This document shows positions 31,604 through 36,542 of a DNA stretch of 36,542 bases, piece by piece. The stretch is from Candidatus Falkowbacteria bacterium (GTDB taxonomy: Bacteria > Patescibacteriota > Patescibacteriia > Patescibacteriales > SZUA-104). The notes beneath the pieces were generated by a model. It was given only the letters and a program-made list of their open reading frames with translations. It was not told the origin of the DNA and made no database searches. Location: positions 1 to 36,542 of the forward strand of contig JALUVW010000077.1 of assembly GCA_027020105.1 (NCBI GenBank), in the 5' to 3' direction. Within the stretch, counting starts at the first letter, position 1, and each line of letters starts with the position of its first letter. A program made the position numbers and the translations under genes.

Positions 31604-33325
31604 TTACTTTTTCATCTCAGCCACTCTGAACACTTCTTCCACGCTGGTAATGCCGTCAACGGCCTTTAGAAGCCCGTCTTGCACCATGGTAATCATTCCG
31701 TTTTTGACGGCCGCTTCCGCCATATCATACTCGCTTAACTTTCCCGATAAAATTATCTCTTCAATATTTTTGTCAATCGTCATAATTTCATAAATGCCGA
31801 TTCGCCCCTTATAACCGATGCCTTGGCACACTTCGCATCCCGCGCCTTTGTAAAATTTCAAATTATCAAAATCAACGGATTTTTTTTCTTCTTCGGGCAA
31901 TTTTTCCAAAACCTCCTTGACGCGCGCCATCATTTCTTCGTCCAATTCCTCTTCACGCTTGCATTTTTCGCATAATCTCCTTACCAATCTCTGTCCGATA
32001 ATGGCGTTAAGCGCCGGCGCGAGCAAAAACGGCTTGGCGCCCATTGATAAAAATCTGGGCACGGTGCCGGCGGCGTTGTTGGTGTGAATGGTGGACAAAA
32101 CCAAATGCCCCGTAAGCGCGGCTTGAATGGAAATTTCGGCCGTTTCCAAATCCCTGATTTCGCCAACCATGACTATGTCGGGATCTTGGCGGACGATTGA
32201 GCGCAGTCCTTGGGCGAAAGTGTATTTCTCGCTGGTTTGCGACTGGTTTACTCCCTCCAATTGATATTCAATCGGATCCTCAATGGTGATAATCTTTGTC
32301 TCGGGGCTGTTCAATTTCTTTAAAATGGCGTAAAGAGTGGTGGTTTTGCCCGAGCCGGTCGGTCCGGTGGTGATAATCATTCCGTTGGGCCGCTCAACTT
32401 CTCTTTTCAGCTGTTCAAAGGCTTTGCTGCGGATGCCCAGCTCCTCAAACCCCAGGCCGACCGAACTGGAACGGAGCAATCTCATTACTATGCTTTCGCC
32501 GTAAGCCGTGGGCAAAAAAGACGCCCTGATGTCAATGCGGTCGTCTTTCATAAAGATGGACATACGGCCGTCCTGCGGCTTGTTGGAAATGTTTATTTTC
32601 ACCTTCGTTAAAATTTTAAACCGCAAAACTATCTTGCTCCACAATTCTTTTTTTATGGACGCCACGTCATGCAAAACGCCGTCTATCCTGAACCTTACTT
32701 TTATGTCTTTTTCTTCCACCTCAATATGGATATCCGACGCCCCGATCTTAATCGCGGCGGCCATAATCACGGTTACTATGTCGGTTACCTGCTCCGCGCT
32801 TTTAATCTGTTCTTGCACGTCCGCAAAGCTTGAAAATTTTTCGCTGTATTTGTTGAGATCCTCTTCGGCGATATTTATCCCTCTGATAATTTTTCTCGGT
32901 TTCGGCAGCGCCTTGTAAATATTCAAAGCGTGCTTTAAGCTGTTGTCGGAAATTAAATAAAGCGCGCCGCGCGAATGATATTTTTCTTGCAGCTCGTTTA
33001 ATAAATTACGCACGGCCGGATCGTCGTAGTTCACCGTCCCCAAACGAATGTCCTTGCCGTCATAAAAAAAACAAACGGTTGACAACTTAACGGCATCTTC
33101 CTCGCTTATCAGCGACAAAGCTTCGGGGCTGATGGAAAAATTGGTCAAGTTAATATAGGGCGCGCCCAGATCGGCCGCCTTCATTTCGGTCAAACGCTCT
33201 ATTTCCTTTATTTTTATCTCTTTCGTTTTATGGGCGAATTTAGCTTGAGCGCTATCATCGTCAGAGCCTGAACTTCCGGCCGTCCGGCCGATTAAATCTT
33301 CAATTGATTGCATACCTTGTGACAT
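31604..33325 (-). CDS. pilB: GspE/PilB-family type II/IV secretion (type IV pilus assembly) ATPase
   Basis: Walker A GPTGSGKTTTLYA, IITIEDPIEY, VGEIRDLETA, LTGHLVLSTIHTN, and tetracysteine CEKCK...CEVCQGIGYKGRIGIYE. Confidence 0.9.
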   Translation of the reverse strand: MSQGMQSIEDLIGRTAGSSGSDDDSAQAKFAHKTKEIKIKEIERLTEMKAADLGAPYINLTNFSISPEALSLISEEDAVKLSTVCFFYDGKDIRLGTVNYDDPAVRNLLNELQEKYHSRGALYLISDNSLKHALNIYKALPKPRKIIRGINIAEEDLNKYSEKFSSFADVQEQIKSAEQVTDIVTVIMAAAIKIGASDIHIEVEEKDIKVRFRIDGVLHDVASIKKELWSKIVLRFKILTKVKINISNKPQDGRMSIFMKDDRIDIRASFLPTAYGESIVMRLLRSSSVGLGFEELGIRSKAFEQLKREVERPNGMIITTGPTGSGKTTTLYAILKKLNSPETKIITIEDPIEYQLEGVNQSQTSEKYTFAQGLRSIVRQDPDIVMVGEIRDLETAEISIQAALTGHLVLSTIHTNNAAGTVPRFLSMGAKPFLLAPALNAIIGQRLVRRLCEKCKREEELDEEMMARVKEVLEKLPEEEKKSVDFDNLKFYKGAGCEVCQGIGYKGRIGIYEIMTIDKNIEEIILSGKLSEYDMAEAAVKNGMITMVQDGLLKAVDGITSVEEVFRVAEMKK

Positions 33326-33462
33326 ACGCGTTTAAAATTCGTGATTCGCGATTAGAAATTAAAATCGCGTTTTATTTCAAAATTTCTAATTTTAAATTAT
33401 GAATTGCCGATAATTTAATTATATCAAACTGTCCGAAATATACAAACAAGGCCGTTTTACCC

Positions 33463-33495
33463 AAAACTGCCGCCAAATAACGTGTTTGGCGGCAG
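33463..33495 (-). terminator. Rho-independent terminator after the membrane-protein gene
   Basis: The minus strand reads CTGCCGCCAAA-cacgtta-TTTGGCGGCAG-TTTT (11-bp stem, 33467-33495). Confidence 0.65.
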
Positions 33496-33523
33496 CGGCG
33501 CGAATTCTAATTGTCGGGGGCGG

Positions 33524-34504
33524 CTATCCGGAAATAGCTCCTTTCACGTTATTCGCCATTCTGATTATTTTACTGGTTCCGCCCTTGCCGATTAACCGAA
33601 GGAACAAAGCCGTCCAAGACGATATTTGAAAAACGGAAAGCGCGGCTCCGCTCAACATAATGATTCCCAAGAGCAAAAGAAGGGCCAAGGCGACCATAAG
33701 CCAGAAACCGGCGATTACCGACACCTGATAAACGACCATAACCAAGAACATAAATGGTATGGTTAACGTCAAGACAACCAAGACCACCGCCAAGCCGACA
33801 AGAAGATTGATAAAAAACAGAATAACGGCCATTTCCAAGCTTATCAGCCAATTATCAATAAATAATCGCCATCCGTTTTTTACGGACTCAACAAAACCGT
33901 TTTTCTTGATTACCGTATAGGCCACGGCGTACTTGATAATAAAAGACAAGGACAGGGCGACAATAATGGAAACAATGAAAGCGATCGTAAATATAGGCCA
34001 AGGGACGCTCGCGACGGCCAATACTCCGACCATAATAAAAATCAAATAAACCAAAAATTTAACAATTAAATTCAAGCCGAGCACCGGCCAAAATTTTTCC
34101 GTTCCCACGGCTATTCCGGTCTTGAAATCGGCCTTTTTGTTGGTCAAGTGTTTGGCGGAATTATCCACCAATGCGGCCTGTGAAACAACGGACAGCCAAA
34201 TTAAAAAAGCGATAATGATTAAAATGGCCAAAAACACCATTGATAAAACCAATAAAGACAACGGGTCGTTTCTCATAATTTCTCCAATATTGACGAGCGT
34301 TTGGCCGCTGAAAACGCCTGTTTCGGCGATTTTGTTAATCCCGGGAAAAATTTGTTGTTCGGAATCGCCGGAAAATCCCCTGAACAACACATTGTATTCG
34401 CCGCCCGCCCCGACAAGAGCGGCAAAAAGGCCGAAAAACCATAAGTATTTATGGCGCCAAGTCGCCTTCCACGCTTGGCTTAAGATTGTTTTATACAAAG
34501 ACAT
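33524..34504 (-). CDS. Polytopic integral membrane protein of unknown function
   Basis: About 6-7 hydrophobic helices (for example LWFFGLFAALVGAGG, LLVLSMVFLAILIIIAFLIWLSVV, LVYLIFIMVGVLAVASV, LVGLAVVLVVLTLTIPFMFLVMVV). Probable start is MSLYKTIL at 34504. Confidence 0.6.
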   Translation of the reverse strand: MSLYKTILSQAWKATWRHKYLWFFGLFAALVGAGGEYNVLFRGFSGDSEQQIFPGINKIAETGVFSGQTLVNIGEIMRNDPLSLLVLSMVFLAILIIIAFLIWLSVVSQAALVDNSAKHLTNKKADFKTGIAVGTEKFWPVLGLNLIVKFLVYLIFIMVGVLAVASVPWPIFTIAFIVSIIVALSLSFIIKYAVAYTVIKKNGFVESVKNGWRLFIDNWLISLEMAVILFFINLLVGLAVVLVVLTLTIPFMFLVMVVYQVSVIAGFWLMVALALLLLLGIIMLSGAALSVFQISSWTALFLRLIGKGGTSKIIRMANNVKGAISG

Positions 34505-34745
34505 AAATTTTCCTCCCTTAACGCAATTCATCATATTGCGCCAAAGATATTCTTTTTTAGAAAATAAATAATTTTAATATCGCTTTATTGTGTTTATTAT
34601 AGCACACCCAAAACCAAACATCAAATGCCGTTTTTCTGGCGCCATATTTGAATTGCCAATTCCTTAAAAACAAAAAAAGAGATCCGCGCGGGGCTGTCGC
34701 CAAGCCCATACATCTCTTAACCAACGATTTGACGAAAACCGTTTG

Positions 34746-34827
34746 TGCAGGTGGAGAGACTCGAACTCTCACGCCTCGCGGCACTTGGTCCTAAGCCAAG
34801 CGTGTATACCAATTTCACCACACCTGC
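34746..34827 (-). tRNA. tRNA-Leu (anticodon UAG)
   Basis: The reverse complement folds as GCAGGTG-TG-GTG-AAATTGGTATA-CAC-G-CTTGG-CTTAGGA-CCAAG-TGCCGCGAGGCGT-GAGAG-TTCGAGT-CTCTC-CACCTGC-A. It has a 7-bp acceptor stem, anticodon TAG, a 13-nt class II variable arm and a TTCGAGT T-loop. CCA is not encoded. Confidence 0.9.
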
Positions 34828-34870
34828 GCGTGTATTGCGTTTTTTATAAATCACAATTTTGAAATTTCTC

Positions 34871-34960
34871 GTAGAGCGACCGAGGCGCGGCAAATTTTCA
34901 CGGACGGCCGCGGCGCGCGGGCGGCGGCTAAGGCCGCCGGAACCCGAGCCGTAAATCCCG
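34871..34960. repeat. GC-rich element G8, related to both the gtagag...gaggc and ggctaaggccgcc families
   Basis: gtagagcgaccgaggcgcggc ... gggcggcggctaaggccgccggaacccgagccgtaaat. Confidence 0.5.
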
Positions 34961-34986
34961 ATGGAATGTTTGTTTCAAACGCAAAA

Positions 34987-36542
34987 TCAAACCCATGTCA
35001 CGCAAGCGATTTTGTCGTCCGGCTCTTTAAAACGCATCAGGCGGACTCCCATGGTGTCGCGTCCGGACTGGTTTACCGTCTTAAACGGCAAACGAATAAC
35101 CTGTCCTTTTTCCGAAATCATAATCAAATCCTTGTCTTTCATCGTTTCCGCGTTAACAATAAAAGCGTTGGTCAATTTGCCGGTCTTCGCCGCCACTTTG
35201 GCCGTTTTTATTCCGGATCCGCCGCGTCCTTGCGTTTTGTACATATTGATGGGCGTGCGCTTCCCGAACCCTTTCTCCATTATGGACAAAATTTGATATT
35301 TTTTCAACTTGTTCTTGTCGTTCTTGACCACTCCCATGCCGACAAGCTTATCGTCTTTCTTCAGCCGTATTCCGCGAACCCCGGCCGCGCTTCGCCCCAT
35401 ATCGCGCACGTCCTTTTCCCTAAATCTGATTGCCTGCCCGCCGGCGGTAACGAGAAATATGTGATCGTCTCCGCGGGTCGGCTTTACCCATGTCAGCTTG
35501 TCGTCATCTTTGATTTTAATGGCGATGAGCCCGGAACGGCGAACATTGGCGAACGCCTCCAATTTAACCTTTTTAACCAGCCCTTCTTCCGTGGCGAAGA
35601 ATAAAAATTTCCTGTTGGCGATTTTGTCCAGAGGGAGCACGCTGGTCACTTTTTCTTCGCTGGTCAGTTGCAAAAAATTAACGATTGCTTGTCCCTTGGC
35701 CGTTCTTGACGCTTGCGGAATTTCATAAGCTTTAAGCTGAAAGACCCTTCCCTTTGTCGTGAAAAACAAAACATCGGTATGCGCCATGGTGGTAAACATA
35801 AATTCAACCGTATCCTCTTCCTTGGTGGAGAGTCCGATTACGCCTTTGCCGCCGCGCGCCTGCGTCTTGAAAGTGTCGGGCGACAAACGCTTGATATAAC
35901 CGTCGCGCGTCATCATCACCATCGTTTCTTCGTTCGGAACCAAATCTTCCGCGGAAAAATCTTTAACGCCGTGGGATATCACTCGCGTTTTGCGTTCATC
36001 GCCGAACTTGTCGTTCAAAGCGTTGATTTCTTCTTTGATAATATTAAATATTTTCTTTTTGGATTTTAATATCGCTTCCAATTCTTTGATTAGCTTCTTT
36101 TTTTCCTTTAACTCGGTTTCTATCTTCATCCTTTCCAGATTGGCCAAGTTCTGCAAACGCATTTCCAGGATTGCCACCGCCTGCCTTTCGGTTAACTTGA
36201 ATTTCTTCATTAAATTCGTTTTGGCGATATCCTTGTCTTTTGACGCTTTAATGGTTTTAATAACAGCGTCAATTTTATTTAAGGCAATCATTAATCCCTC
36301 TAAAATATGCGCCCTGTCCCGCGCCTTATCCAAATCAAATTGCGTGCGACGCTTAATCACAATCTCCCGATGCTTAATGTATTCTTCCAAAATGGTTTTT
36401 AAGTTTAAAACTTTTGGTTGAATGCCGTCGGTAAGCGCCAACATATTAACATGAAACGTTTCCTGCAGCTGCGTGTGCTTGTACAAACTGTTCAAAATCT
36501 TCTTGGGATAGGCGTCTTTTTTTAAGTCAATGGTAACGCGCA
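34987..36542 (-). CDS. gyrA: DNA gyrase subunit A, C-terminal ~518 codons (N-terminus lies beyond the right edge)
   Basis: The frame stays open upstream of the track's start to the window edge (RVTIDLKKDAYPKKILNSLYKHTQLQETFHVNMLAL). Also LTERQAVAILEMRLQNLANLE, and repeated beta-pinwheel blades (GYIKR...GGKG, the GyrA-box-like QGRGGSGIK). Confidence 0.95.
   Translation of the reverse strand, partial: RVTIDLKKDAYPKKILNSLYKHTQLQETFHVNMLALTDGIQPKVLNLKTILEEYIKHREIVIKRRTQFDLDKARDRAHILEGLMIALNKIDAVIKTIKASKDKDIAKTNLMKKFKLTERQAVAILEMRLQNLANLERMKIETELKEKKKLIKELEAILKSKKKIFNIIKEEINALNDKFGDERKTRVISHGVKDFSAEDLVPNEETMVMMTRDGYIKRLSPDTFKTQARGGKGVIGLSTKEEDTVEFMFTTMAHTDVLFFTTKGRVFQLKAYEIPQASRTAKGQAIVNFLQLTSEEKVTSVLPLDKIANRKFLFFATEEGLVKKVKLEAFANVRRSGLIAIKIKDDDKLTWVKPTRGDDHIFLVTAGGQAIRFREKDVRDMGRSAAGVRGIRLKKDDKLVGMGVVKNDKNKLKKYQILSIMEKGFGKRTPINMYKTQGRGGSGIKTAKVAAKTGKLTNAFIVNAETMKDKDLIMISEKGQVIRLPFKTVNQSGRDTMGVRLMRFKEPDDKIACVTWV

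Noticed and set aside
34557-34784. A 75-aa minus-strand ORF overlapping the tRNA-Leu region.
   Set aside because: It overlaps a well-folded tRNA gene and the spacer upstream of the membrane-protein gene, and has no coding character.

Overview
The window reads as a chromosomal segment from a small-genome, AT-rich bacterium, probably of the Patescibacteria/CPR (Parcubacteria-like) type. That assignment is inferred from gene content and protein style only; no search was possible.

Gene content:
- Minus strand: gyrA (5' end off the right edge), tRNA-Leu(UAG), a polytopic membrane protein, a PilB/GspE ATPase, a translin-family protein, a U32-family protein, ruvA, a FemAB-family transferase, a MurE-type ligase, rpoB and rpoC.
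- Plus strand: a short Rel (RSH) enzyme, a DsbA-like protein, and the four-subunit pyruvate:ferredoxin oxidoreductase genes porG-porD-porA ... porB.

Main observations:
1. The ORF track misses a giant open frame on the minus strand (1-5272, more than 1,757 codons) because it runs off the left edge. It is the tandem paralog of the 872-aa gene at 5398-8016. Both start with a near-identical signal peptide plus a two-TM TrbC/VirB2-like pilin-type hairpin, followed by unrelated Cys-rich Ig/IPT ectodomains.
2. A third, small member of this family (13329-14069) sits in a 2.4-kb accessory island with two toxin-antitoxin pairs. The island splits porA from porB.
3. Almost every intergenic spacer carries either an AT-rich inverted-repeat element whose arms are tandem heptamers, or a GC-rich palindromic element.
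4. Copies of these elements sit in frame inside porB (an exact 51-bp copy), the U32 gene and the FemAB gene.
5. One AT-rich element still carries the start of a decayed four-helix-bundle (23S-IVS-type) gene.
6. Smaller items: a monothiol CHHT DsbA-like protein, an orphan promoter-structured RNA-terminator unit, and a promoter/terminator-bounded noncoding stretch upstream of rpoB.

No CRISPR array, rRNA gene, transposase or integrase was seen.
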